Shown piece after piece: positions 20,748-29,621 of a stretch of DNA of 64,000 nucleotides. Source of the DNA: Bacillota bacterium (GTDB lineage Bacteria; Bacillota; Clostridia; UBA1381; UMGS1253); contig JAKJBW010000007.1 in assembly GCA_022706785.1 (NCBI GenBank), positions 25,599 to 89,598 on the forward strand. The letters are read 5' to 3'. Every line of letters starts with the position of its first letter. The first letter of the stretch is position 1. Under the pieces are notes generated by a model. It had not been told where the DNA came from. It ran no database searches and was given only the letters and a program-made list of their open reading frames with translations. A program made the position numbers and the translations under genes.

Positions 20748-21242
20748 ATGGCTGACGCAGAGATTTATGTGGAAAACGAGCAGGATGTACTGCCGTTTCT
20801 GCCCGAATACGAGCAGGTCATCGTAACTGTTATTGAAACGGTACTTGAGCAGGAGGAGTTTGTGCATCCTTGCGAGGTGTCGGTGCTGATTACCGATGAT
20901 GTGCGCATCCGTCTTTTAAACGCTGAGCATCGCGGCAAGGACGCTGCGACGGATGTGCTGTCCTTTCCCATGCTGGCATTTGACGATATGGGCGAGCTGG
21001 TAAGCGTCCCGCATGAGCCCCTCGCAGGCGCTCTGCTGCTGGGGGATATTGTTATCAGCCTGGAGCGGGCGGCGCAGCAGGCCGATGAGTTCGGCCACAG
21101 CCTTGCACGCGAGATAGGCTTTTTGACGGCACACTCGGTGCTGCACCTTTTGGGCTACGATCACGAGTGGGGCGAAAAGGAGCGGCAGATCATGCGTGAA
21201 AAGGAAGAACGCACACTCGGGCTGATCGGGCTTGTGCGGTAG
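20748..21242 (+). CDS. ybeY: rRNA maturation endoribonuclease YbeY
   Basis: 164 aa. HSVLHLLGYDH zinc motif, plus phoH-ybeY-dgkA-era synteny. Confidence 0.9.
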   Translation: MADAEIYVENEQDVLPFLPEYEQVIVTVIETVLEQEEFVHPCEVSVLITDDVRIRLLNAEHRGKDAATDVLSFPMLAFDDMGELVSVPHEPLAGALLLGDIVISLERAAQQADEFGHSLAREIGFLTAHSVLHLLGYDHEWGEKERQIMREKEERTLGLIGLVR

Positions 21243-21311
21243 GGGTTTTTACGAGGACATGATCTGCACATAATATGGCGATAAAAACCTTGTAAAAGGT
21301 GGGAGAAAAGC

Positions 21312-21776
21312 TTGAAAAGGGTTTACAGTATTGTGCGCAGCTTTAAGTTTGCCTTGGCCGGTGTGCGCTATACGCTGAGGACACAGCGCAACATGCGCAT
21401 CCATTTTTCTGCGGCGGCGTTTGTAACCGCTTTCGGATGCTTTTACGGTCTTTCGGGGCAGCAATGGCTAGCCCTTGCTTTTACTATCACCTTTGTTGTG
21501 GTATGCGAAATGTTTAACACAGCTGTGGAAAATGCTGTAAATGTCGCCACGTCTTCTTACCACGAAAACGCAAAGATAGCAAAGGACGTGGCTGCGGGCG
21601 CAGTGTTTATGGCGGCCGTTATGGCGCTTGCCTGTGCGGCGCTGCTTTTTTGCGACATATCCAGGCTCTGCGCCGCTGTTTTTGTCATCCTGTCAAACGG
21701 TTTTTACATAGGCGGCTTTTTAACCGGCGGAGCGCTTGCCATCTGGTGGATATTATCGGATGGCAGACGCGCATAG
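21312..21776 (+). CDS. dgkA: Diacylglycerol/undecaprenol kinase
   Basis: 154 aa. Three TM segments and EMFNTAVENAV. Confidence 0.8.
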   Translation: MKRVYSIVRSFKFALAGVRYTLRTQRNMRIHFSAAAFVTAFGCFYGLSGQQWLALAFTITFVVVCEMFNTAVENAVNVATSSYHENAKIAKDVAAGAVFMAAVMALACAALLFCDISRLCAAVFVILSNGFYIGGFLTGGALAIWWILSDGRRA

Positions 21777-21887
21777 GAAGGAAGAGCCTTAAAGATTACG
21801 GAAATTTTTATTCTGACCGGCCTTTTCGCGGCGGCATTGCCGGCGCAAGGGCTTTATCGTGAGTTGAAAGGAGCAGTCATCACGGCT

Positions 21888-22781
21888 ATGAACTTAAAAA
21901 AAACTTTCAGATCCGGATTTGTGTCCATTGTAGGGCAGCCTAATGTGGGCAAATCCACTATATTAAATGCGCTTGTCGGGGAAAAGATCGCAATCATCTC
22001 CGACAAGCCCCAGACAACCAGAAACCGCATACTCGCCATTCTCAATGAAGACGACCTCCAGGTGGTTTTCACGGATACCCCCGGTATCCACAAGCCGCGT
22101 ACCCGGCTGGGTGAGTATATGGTCAAAACGGCAAAGGATTCTATGGACGATATGGACGCGGTACTGTTTGTGACGGACGCCTCCGGCCCCATCAGCGACA
22201 TAGAGCGCGGGATAGCCAAAAATTTAGACGCGCTTGCGGTGCCGGTAATTTTGGTCATCAATAAAATCGACACTGTAAAAAAGGATGCGCTGCTGCCCAT
22301 GATAGCCGATTATTCCGGCCTGTGCAGGTTTGAGGCCATCGTGCCCGTGAGCGCGCTTAAAAACGACGGTATGGACCGGCTGAGAAGTGAAATCCTGCAG
22401 CATATCCCCAAGGGAATGCCATATTACCCGGAGGACATGGTAACCGACCAGCCCGAAAGGCAGATCGCTGCGGAGATCATACGCGAAAAGCTGTTATGGC
22501 TTCTGGACAAAGAGGTCCCGCACGGAATCGCGATTGAGATTATGAGCATGAAGGATACGGGAAAGGTTGTAGAGGTGTCCGCCGCCATCTACTGTGAAAA
22601 GATGTCGCACAAGGGCATCATCATCGGCAAAAACGGCACACTGCTCAAAAAGGTAGGCTCCATGGCGCGCACCGATATTGAAAAAATGCTTGACAAAAAA
22701 GTATTTCTGGAGCTTTGGGTCAAGGTGAAGGACGACTGGCGCAACAACAATACGCTTATTAAGAACTTCGGATACCAATAA
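21888..22781 (+). CDS. era: GTPase Era
   Basis: Start at ATG 21888 (MNLKKTFRSGF). G1 GQPNVGKST, DTPG, NKID, C-terminal KH domain. Confidence 0.9.
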   Translation: MNLKKTFRSGFVSIVGQPNVGKSTILNALVGEKIAIISDKPQTTRNRILAILNEDDLQVVFTDTPGIHKPRTRLGEYMVKTAKDSMDDMDAVLFVTDASGPISDIERGIAKNLDALAVPVILVINKIDTVKKDALLPMIADYSGLCRFEAIVPVSALKNDGMDRLRSEILQHIPKGMPYYPEDMVTDQPERQIAAEIIREKLLWLLDKEVPHGIAIEIMSMKDTGKVVEVSAAIYCEKMSHKGIIIGKNGTLLKKVGSMARTDIEKMLDKKVFLELWVKVKDDWRNNNTLIKNFGYQ

Positions 22782-22906
22782 GAAAAAAATATATTTTTGC
22801 CATATTCAGCCCTAAGTTGGCGGCAAAGTAAAATTGTTACAGCATATTAATATAATTTCTGCAAACCCTAATTTTAAGAAGAAAAAAACACGCAGGGGGT
22901 ATTGCG

Positions 22907-23059
22907 ATGCTGGACAGGTATATGTGGGAAAAGTTTATGACGTCGGGCGATATAGCGGATTATCTGGTGTATTGTGAGCTTGGAGGCGATGAGGAAATGA
23001 CAGCAAAGGCGGACGGTGAAAAGGGAATTTGCACGCGCACCGACGCCGTCAATTTATAA
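22907..23059 (+). CDS. YqzL-family small protein (50 aa)
   Basis: Too short for the ORF track. MLDRYMWEKFMTSGDIADYLVYCELGG... sits between era and recO, as in other Firmicutes. Confidence 0.55.
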   Translation: MLDRYMWEKFMTSGDIADYLVYCELGGDEEMTAKADGEKGICTRTDAVNL

Positions 23060-23090
23060 ATAACGGCTTTTGCAAATCGGGAGGAACAGC

Positions 23091-23831
23091 ATGGAAAGTA
23101 TGGTGTGCAGGGGATTGGTGATCAGGCAGAGCAACTATGGCGAAGCAGACCGCATCCTTACCATATTTACCGGCGAACTTGGCATAGTGCGCGTGGTCGC
23201 AAAGGGCGTACGCAAGTACAAAAGCCATCAGGGTGCGGCCGCGCAGCTTTTGTGTTTCGGGCAGTTTACGCTGTGCCGTGGCAAAAACCTTTATACCTTG
23301 CGCGGTGCGGCGCAGACAGAGAGCTTTTACAGGATTGGCGCCAGTGCGGAAAAGCTGGCGCTTGCCGCGTATTTATGCGAGCTTACGCAGGGCTTCGTGG
23401 CGGAAGGAGTGTGTGAGCCCGAGATTTTACGGCTGCTTTTAAACACGCTCTACATATTGGCGGACAAAGACCGCCCCCTGCAGCTTATCAAGGCGGTATA
23501 TGAGTTGCGGCTGTCTGCGCTTGCCGGCTTTGCGGCGCAGAGCGGCAAATGCGTATGCTGCGGCACAGACACCGGCCTTGTTTATTTTTCTGCGCGGCAG
23601 GGTGGCGTTTTGTGCGGCGCCTGCCTCGATGCTGACCGAGGGGCCCGAAAAATCTCGGATGCCGCCCGTTTTGCGCTTGACTATATTCTCTGCCAGCCCC
23701 CCGAAAGGATATTTGCGTTTGAAGCTTCACAGGGCGTGCTTTTCGAGCTGTATGCCTTAGCGGAGGATTTCGTCTGCGCACACGTCGAAAAGGCGATTTT
23801 GTCGCTTTCTTATTTTAAAAATCTATTGTAA
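23091..23831 (+). CDS. recO: DNA repair protein RecO
   Basis: Start at ATG 23091. GLVIRQSNYGEADRILTIFT (OB fold), Cys4 motif CVCCG...CGAC, and era-recO synteny. Confidence 0.85.
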   Translation: MESMVCRGLVIRQSNYGEADRILTIFTGELGIVRVVAKGVRKYKSHQGAAAQLLCFGQFTLCRGKNLYTLRGAAQTESFYRIGASAEKLALAAYLCELTQGFVAEGVCEPEILRLLLNTLYILADKDRPLQLIKAVYELRLSALAGFAAQSGKCVCCGTDTGLVYFSARQGGVLCGACLDADRGARKISDAARFALDYILCQPPERIFAFEASQGVLFELYALAEDFVCAHVEKAILSLSYFKNLL

Positions 23832-23963
23832 CGCCTTCGGTCAGGCAGTCGGTTAAAAAAATTTGCACAAAAAACTTTACTATTTCCCCAAAATACAGTA
23901 TAATATCACACAGCAATATGAGAAATTGTTCTTAAAATAACGGCTTTAAGGAGTGTATGGGGC

Positions 23964-24752
23964 ATGAAAAAAAGAGGTTTGGTTATTGTTTTAATTTCTG
24001 TACTGGCGCTTTGTTTTGTTTTGAGCGGCTGCAAGGACAAGTCATGGTCCAAGGTTGTGGATAAGGAGCTTATGCTGGTGGGGCTTGACGTAAATTCTCC
24101 GCCGTACTGCTTTATGGACGAAAACAACTCTATCGTTGGTTTTGACGTTGATATGGCTATGGCAGTGGGCAAAAGGCTGGGTATTTTGGTACAGCTTAAT
24201 CCCATTGACTGGAAGAACAAGGAAGGGGTGCTTGCCGCCAACCAGGCCGATGTTTTGTGGACAAGCTATGCCATCACGGATCAAAGGAAGAAGGATATGC
24301 TTTTAAGCGATCCATATTTGTCGGGCAAACAGGTCATACTTGCCAAAGCGGATTCGGCAATCGCCGCCAAGAGTGATCTTGCCGGCACTAAAATCGGGTT
24401 GACTGCCGAAACGGCTGCCTATGACAGTGTGACAAAGGATCCGGGCTACGATCAAATCAAGGAAAATCTGATTACCTACAATAGCAGCAATGCCGCGGTA
24501 AAGGATCTGGATTCAGGCGCGATTGACGCTGTTGTGCTTGACGGGTTTACGGCAAAATGGTATATGAACAAAAATGAAGGAAAGTACAAGGTGTCAGATG
24601 ATGCCTTTGGCAGTGAACAATACGGCATAGCGTTCAGAAAAGCGGATAAGGCGTTTTACGATAAGGTGGCTCAGGCAATAAAAGAGCTGAAGGCTGACGG
24701 AACCGCGTCCAGACTTTCGATGAAGTGGTTTGGCGAGGATTTAATGCAGTAG
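23964..24752 (+). CDS. Amino-acid ABC transporter substrate-binding lipoprotein
   Basis: 262 aa. Lipobox LSGC and a type-3 SBP-like sequence (LMLVGLDVNSPPYCF, DVLWTSYAITDQRK, YGIAFRK). Confidence 0.8.
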   Translation: MKKRGLVIVLISVLALCFVLSGCKDKSWSKVVDKELMLVGLDVNSPPYCFMDENNSIVGFDVDMAMAVGKRLGILVQLNPIDWKNKEGVLAANQADVLWTSYAITDQRKKDMLLSDPYLSGKQVILAKADSAIAAKSDLAGTKIGLTAETAAYDSVTKDPGYDQIKENLITYNSSNAAVKDLDSGAIDAVVLDGFTAKWYMNKNEGKYKVSDDAFGSEQYGIAFRKADKAFYDKVAQAIKELKADGTASRLSMKWFGEDLMQ

Positions 24753-24797
24753 GATAGTACCATTTGCGGATGCGGCCTAAAATATGATTTTCTGTTG

Positions 24798-24836
24798 CGG
24801 ACGGGGAGATATATCTATTTTCCCGTCCGTTTTATT
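24798..24836 (+). terminator. Intrinsic terminator
   Basis: cggacggg / cccgtccg stem followed by TTTTATT. Confidence 0.55.
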
Positions 24837-24911
24837 CCGAAAAAGTGCGTTTGATTTTGTAAGTTTGAAAGATGTCCGCTTTTGCAGGCGTGAAAAATAT
24901 ATGCTTTTCTC

Positions 24912-24940
24912 TTGACACACCAGTCCTGATATGGTAAACT
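24912..24940 (+). promoter_or_regulatory. Promoter of the tRNA-Ser pair
   Basis: TTGACA, 17 nt, TGgTAAACT (extended -10). Confidence 0.55.
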
Positions 24941-24987
24941 AATGCTTGCGGTAATTTAGGGCTTTTTATTAACTGGACTGCTATCTT

Positions 24988-25074
24988 GGAGAGGTGTCCG
25001 AGTGGTTTAAGGAGCTGGTCTTGAAAACCAGTGACTCGAAAGAGCCAAGAGTTCGAATCTCTTCCTCTCCGCCA
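24988..25074 (+). tRNA. tRNA-Ser (anticodon TGA)
   Basis: GGAGAGG / CCTCTCC acceptor, loop CT-TGA-AA, long variable arm, GTTCGAATC, encoded CCA. Confidence 0.9.
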
Positions 25075-25101
25075 CTTGTTTTTAACTTAATAAATTTATA
25101 T

Positions 25102-25193
25102 GGAGAAGTACTCAAGTAGGTCGAAGAGGTGCCCCTGCTAAGGGTATAGGTCGTGAAAGCGGCGCGAGGGTTCGAATCCCTCCTTCTCCGCCA
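25102..25193 (+). tRNA. tRNA-Ser (anticodon GCT)
   Basis: GGAGAAG / CTTCTCC acceptor, loop CT-GCT-AA, long variable arm, GGTTCGAATCC, encoded CCA. Confidence 0.9.
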
Positions 25194-25498
25194 AAGAAAC
25201 TAACAGAATTTAGTACAAAAATAGCTGCTTAAAATAAGCGGCTATTTTTGTGTATTTCCATATATTTACAAGGGATTTGTGGGTTCGCATACGCTGCGTG
25301 TTACCGCTGGTCGGCGCGGTAAATTGATATAAAAATAAGGCGCGATACATATTCCGCTATTTTTATTTGAACCCCACAGGACATATTGCAATAAAGGAAA
25401 ATATTACCGTTAAAAAGCATAAGTTAGCGTTAAAATGTATGAACCCCACAAATCAGCCCCGCGCTTTGGCGGGGCTGGTTTTCATTTTCGGGCGGCTA

Positions 25499-26080
25499 TT
25501 ATTCGGCTACGAAGCCTCGCTCCGCCAGTGCGTCTATCAATTCTTGATTGCTCTCGCCTGTAAGCGTTCCGTTGCGGTCTATGAGGTAGTTTCCGATTGC
25601 GTAAACGTATGTCGGTGCGCCTTTATATACGGGTTTCTCGCCTATTATTTTACCTATTGCCGTAACTAATGCTTTGCGCTGGTCGCCGGTTACGTTGTAC
25701 GCTATTTCTACATTGCCGCTTTCGGCGAGCTGCTCTTGGTCTGCGTTTACCGGGGCAGCTATATTTACTATTACCGCCGGAAATGCTGGCTTTTCTTCTT
25801 CGCTTTCCGCCGCGGCTTTCGCCGCCGCCTTTTCCGCCCGTGTCATTTTGGGGCGTATGTCCGGGAAAACCTCCGGCAGTATGCCTTTTTCAAAAAATAG
25901 CTGAAAGCTGATTTTTCCGTCCTCGGGTACGTCGAATTTGAAGTCTGTAATTTCTAATTCCTTCAGCGCGTCCGGGATGTCAATGTTTTTGTACTGCTTT
26001 ACTTCATCGTTCCCTACCATAAACCTTACCGGAACCGCGTCCCTCAATTTTGCTGTGATTTTTCCTGCTTTCATAGTCAT
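25499..26080 (-). CDS. Hypothetical island protein (193 aa)
   Basis: Long ORF with an Ala/Glu-rich linker; hairpin terminator at 25457-25481 just downstream. No motif recognised. Confidence 0.5.
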   Translation of the reverse strand: MTMKAGKITAKLRDAVPVRFMVGNDEVKQYKNIDIPDALKELEITDFKFDVPEDGKISFQLFFEKGILPEVFPDIRPKMTRAEKAAAKAAAESEEEKPAFPAVIVNIAAPVNADQEQLAESGNVEIAYNVTGDQRKALVTAIGKIIGEKPVYKGAPTYVYAIGNYLIDRNGTLTGESNQELIDALAERGFVAE

Positions 26081-26572
26081 TGTTTTTTCCTACCTTTCAA
26101 AAATTTATTTTTTTGTTGACTTGCTTTGTGTGCCACAGCTTACTCTGGAAATGCTTATAAAGCAAGGCTTTTTATAATTTTCTTTGCATAAAATAAGACA
26201 AAAAAGCTGCTTACTTCTTGTATGAAGTCAACAGCTTTTCAATATTAAAAATATTTTTAATTTTCGCTTGCAATCCCACGGAAATTATTGTAACATCCCG
26301 ACAACGGGATTTTCTCGGAAAATAAAAAGCGTCATGGCAGGCGGGTATGCAGCGAACATAACCGCCCTGCGCGAAAGGTGAACAGACCACCTCTGCACAA
26401 CTTAAAAAGCACCATGACTTTAATATTATACATCCGCTGAGAAATATTTTCAAGTCATTTATACAAATGTGTGCGAGGGTCGGAGGTCGTTTATGCGACC
26501 TTACCTTTGTACGCATTTTTGTATATACGGGAATTTCCCGACATATTAAAATTTGTCGGGAGGTAGTAAAAA

Positions 26573-27250
26573 GTGAACATTTTTGAAAATGCGGGCGCGT
26601 TTCTCGGTGAAATTCGCCTGGAGAGCTTGGGAAATGCTCTGACGGAATTTTACGGGGCGGTGGCTGATGTTAAAGGGAGGCTCGGTCATAGCGGGCGGTT
26701 ATTGGATGAATACTTAGAACTTGTATTCGGGGCTATCCATGAGGTTAGCACGGAAACATCCGCAACGGACGGGTATTCTTCCTGTATGCCGGAGTTAAAA
26801 AGAATGTGCGGCTCGATTGTGCGGGGCGAGAGTGGGTACGAAAACCACCCTCTATACGAGCAAACAAAGCAGTATATTGATTTGCACCCGCTTCCGCACC
26901 TCGAACGCTTGCACAAAATCGAAGTGTACGCCGGGGTTTTAATGGGGGATTACAGTAAATATGCAATAGAAAAATATTACAACAAATACAACGGTAGGCT
27001 GGCGGACAGCGGGTATATTTCCGAATTGAATCCGTTATATAACGATATTTGCGGCATACTTGGGTCGGAGGACGCTATGGAGCGGTTAAATATGATAATT
27101 AAACGAAGTTTTTTAATCACCCCTGTTATGCACTCTTTTTTACAGGCTGTAATTGATAATATGCTTGAAATGCTGTCGTTTAAGGTGCCGGAAACCGCGA
27201 AACATGTCTTTGAATTAGTGCCGTGTATGGAGGGACGTGATGAAAACTGA
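26573..27250 (+). CDS. Hypothetical island protein (225 aa)
   Basis: GTG start with GGGAGG SD. The 14-nt overlap with the next ORF suggests translational coupling. Confidence 0.5.
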   Translation: MNIFENAGAFLGEIRLESLGNALTEFYGAVADVKGRLGHSGRLLDEYLELVFGAIHEVSTETSATDGYSSCMPELKRMCGSIVRGESGYENHPLYEQTKQYIDLHPLPHLERLHKIEVYAGVLMGDYSKYAIEKYYNKYNGRLADSGYISELNPLYNDICGILGSEDAMERLNMIIKRSFLITPVMHSFLQAVIDNMLEMLSFKVPETAKHVFELVPCMEGRDEN

Positions 27251-27641
27251 ATATTTGTCAATGAAACATATTGAGATACTTTTCAAATGTTACTATTTGA
27301 AAAGCTACACGAGGGTCGCCGACGCCGAAAATATTATGCCGGGTAAAGTAAAGCAAATAAAAGAAAACGCCCTTCGCATTATCCGGCTGTCATATAGTCA
27401 ATCTCATATGAAGGGGTTACGGTTTGACGGTGAAAATATCTTAAATTATATGGCGGAACGCGCGGGCATGGAAAAAACGGCTCTATTTTCGATTTTTGAA
27501 GGATATATATCCGAGGGGTTGTCATCAGACAATAAGAAATATTGGGCGAGAATTAAGAGTAAAGAGCCTATTCCCTCGCCCGCTGAACTATTAGATTTTA
27601 TATATGATAAATACGAGATTGAGATTGAAGGTTTTATTTGA
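27237..27641 (+). CDS. Small protein with a sigma-70 region-4-like HTH
   Basis: 134 aa. YTRVADAENIMPGKVKQIKENALRIIR resembles a region-4 HTH. Confidence 0.4.
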   Translation: MMKTEYLSMKHIEILFKCYYLKSYTRVADAENIMPGKVKQIKENALRIIRLSYSQSHMKGLRFDGENILNYMAERAGMEKTALFSIFEGYISEGLSSDNKKYWARIKSKEPIPSPAELLDFIYDKYEIEIEGFI

Positions 27642-27812
27642 CGGGATAATATGGAGGTATATATTGCGTATGCGCGTTAAAACGCCTCTATTTTGGACGA
27701 ACATCATCCGCATATGGAGGAATATGGAAACTGACTATACAATGCCTTAAACGGCAAATATGAGCCTCATACGACGAATGTGGAAAAGCGTCTGTGCTGG
27801 GTGGTGATAGCT

Positions 27813-27981
27813 TTTGACGGAATTACGGAATTGACGGGTTTCTGTATTTCTTTACATATAGACCAGTAGAGGAACAATAGAAAAACCATAAGCAAAAAAA
27901 CTTTGTTTTTTTGCTTATTTGCTTATATAAAAAAGATAAATATATGTACTCGTCAAATCCGTCAAGCCGTCAAATTCGGCG
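27813..27981. repeat. Iteron-like repeat unit 1 (TTGACGG motifs in inverted arrangement)
   Basis: Left arm is tttgacggaattacggaattgacggg...tttacatatagaccagt. Right arm is tatataaaaaagataaatatatgtactcgtcaaatccgtcaagccgtcaaattcggcg. Confidence 0.85.
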
Positions 27982-28180
27982 GGATAAAAAACGAGTGTGA
28001 ATTTACAATAAGATGATTGTTTAAGGGTTGCTTATTTGCTAAGAAGTGTGCTAAAATGGTATTATGTGGAAACGTGATTAATGCTGGATTGTTCTTTGTC
28101 CTGAAAAAATTTATAGTTCGTCGTCAGAAAATCATGAGGAACACGGTAAACACCGTATGTTGGTTACTGCTATAAAAGTA

Positions 28181-28327
28181 TTTGACGGAATTACGGAATT
28201 GACAGGTTTCCGTATTTCTTTACATATAGACCAGTGCGGGGATAGGTAAGGGGTTTATGTGTATACGACTATATAAAAAAGATAAATATATGTACTCGTC
28301 AATTCCGTCAAGCCGTCAAATCCGGCG
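28181..28327. repeat. Iteron-like repeat unit 2
   Basis: The 55-nt left arm matches unit 1 at 53/55. The right arm is near-identical. The central roughly 35-55 nt differs. Confidence 0.85.
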
Positions 28328-28456
28328 AAACGAAAAACAAGGCGCAAAGCTACGGAAAATCAGGGTTACAAGCATATAGATAACGGAAAGGCGAAGCCTA
28401 CAGGGAAATAAGGCGGCGGGGACAAAAACAAATTTTATCTTATGGAGGTTTTGTAT

Positions 28457-28861
28457 ATGCACATAGCATTGGCTTATCTTGACAAAAGAACAGCGACGGT
28501 ATCCGCGATAAAAGATTACACGAGTATGGAGTTTATAATTAACAACACGCCGGATGAGGCGAAGCTGGCACCACAGATTGGCGAGATGGACATCCGCAAG
28601 GAATGCTACCGGCGTGCTTTGGAGTACATGGAGTGGTTTCTTCCTGCATGGGATACGCTCACCGATGACGAGCGGTTTGTCCTTTCGGAGTTTTACCGCG
28701 AGGACGGGGCACAGCGCGGGGACGCTATTGATAACATCCGCGACCGCTTCTATATTGAGAGTACATCCGCCTATAAAAAGAAAAACCGCGCTTTGGCAAA
28801 ATTAACAACTTTGCTATACGGAAAAATAAAAGTGTCCAAAAGTGGAGGGTACTTTTTATAA
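28457..28861 (+). CDS. Phage-type sigma-like transcriptional activator (RinA/ArpU-style, region-4 HTH)
   Basis: Start moved to ATG 28457 because GGAGG at 28444-28448 is its SD. LTDDERFVLSEFY ... ESTSAYKKKNRALAKLTTLLYG. Confidence 0.5.
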   Translation: MHIALAYLDKRTATVSAIKDYTSMEFIINNTPDEAKLAPQIGEMDIRKECYRRALEYMEWFLPAWDTLTDDERFVLSEFYREDGAQRGDAIDNIRDRFYIESTSAYKKKNRALAKLTTLLYGKIKVSKSGGYFL

Positions 28862-29621
28862 AAAGTATGATATAATGTTACTGTGCGAAAAATGAAAAGT
28901 GTCCAAAATCGCGGACGATTTTTCGCATTGGATGTGATACACTGTTATTATCGAAAAGTGCGAAGATGAGATTTTTACGAGATGAACATAATACGTTCTC
29001 GTGTTATACTTGTATCATCAAAAAATACACAAGCAAAAAAGTCTTTGAAGCAGGCGCCTGCCAAAGGCTTTTTTTGTTTGCTTTATATAAATAAAATTTT
29101 TTGCTGGGAAAGGAGGGATAAAATCTCTACAAACCGCTCGACGTTCTACCGGCGCCCCCCTTCGCGTGAAAAATCGCGTTTTCAAATAGGGTATAGGGTG
29201 CGAAAAATGCGCTCATAACTTGTCGTTGCGCGGCGTTTGTGGTGTTTTTCGCGAAATATCCCTCCCCCCTGTGGATAAATCAAATAACAATCAAATGAAG
29301 TGTCCACGCGGAGGAGCTTTAGGCTTGGCAGAGGAAAAAACTTGTTCTGGTGTGTTTGTAAAAAGGTGTAATCTTACGGCTATGCCTTTTGAAAGATGGG
29401 GGTTTTATGGGGGTATTTTTGCTCTAAGGTGTGTTATAATGTTATCATCTGAAAATATCAAAACGGGAGCCTTCGGCGCGGAGGCTCCTTTTTCGTGCTT
29501 ATTTTACGAGGGGGGGACAATATGCAAGAGTTAAAGATATATGCCTATGGAGCAGGACAGGTGTTTGGATGAAATGAAATCAAATCATATAAAAAATAAA
29601 TTTTAAGGAGGATTTATCACT

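Noticed and set aside
25277-25285. 9-nt gtgggttcg shared between 25277-25285 and 34640-34648, considered as att cores delimiting a recombinase-bounded element.
   Set aside because: It is too short to distinguish from chance, and the right copy lies inside the recombinase terminator hairpin.
26211-26516. 101-aa minus-strand ORF in the divergent intergenic region of the island.
   Set aside because: No SD, Cys/Arg-rich odd composition, and it lies in a probable promoter region. Treated as non-coding.
28982-29534. ORFs 28982-29218 and 29220-29534 upstream of the capsid gene.
   Set aside because: They are interrupted by two strong hairpin terminators and promoter-like boxes, have no SD, and have implausible translations.
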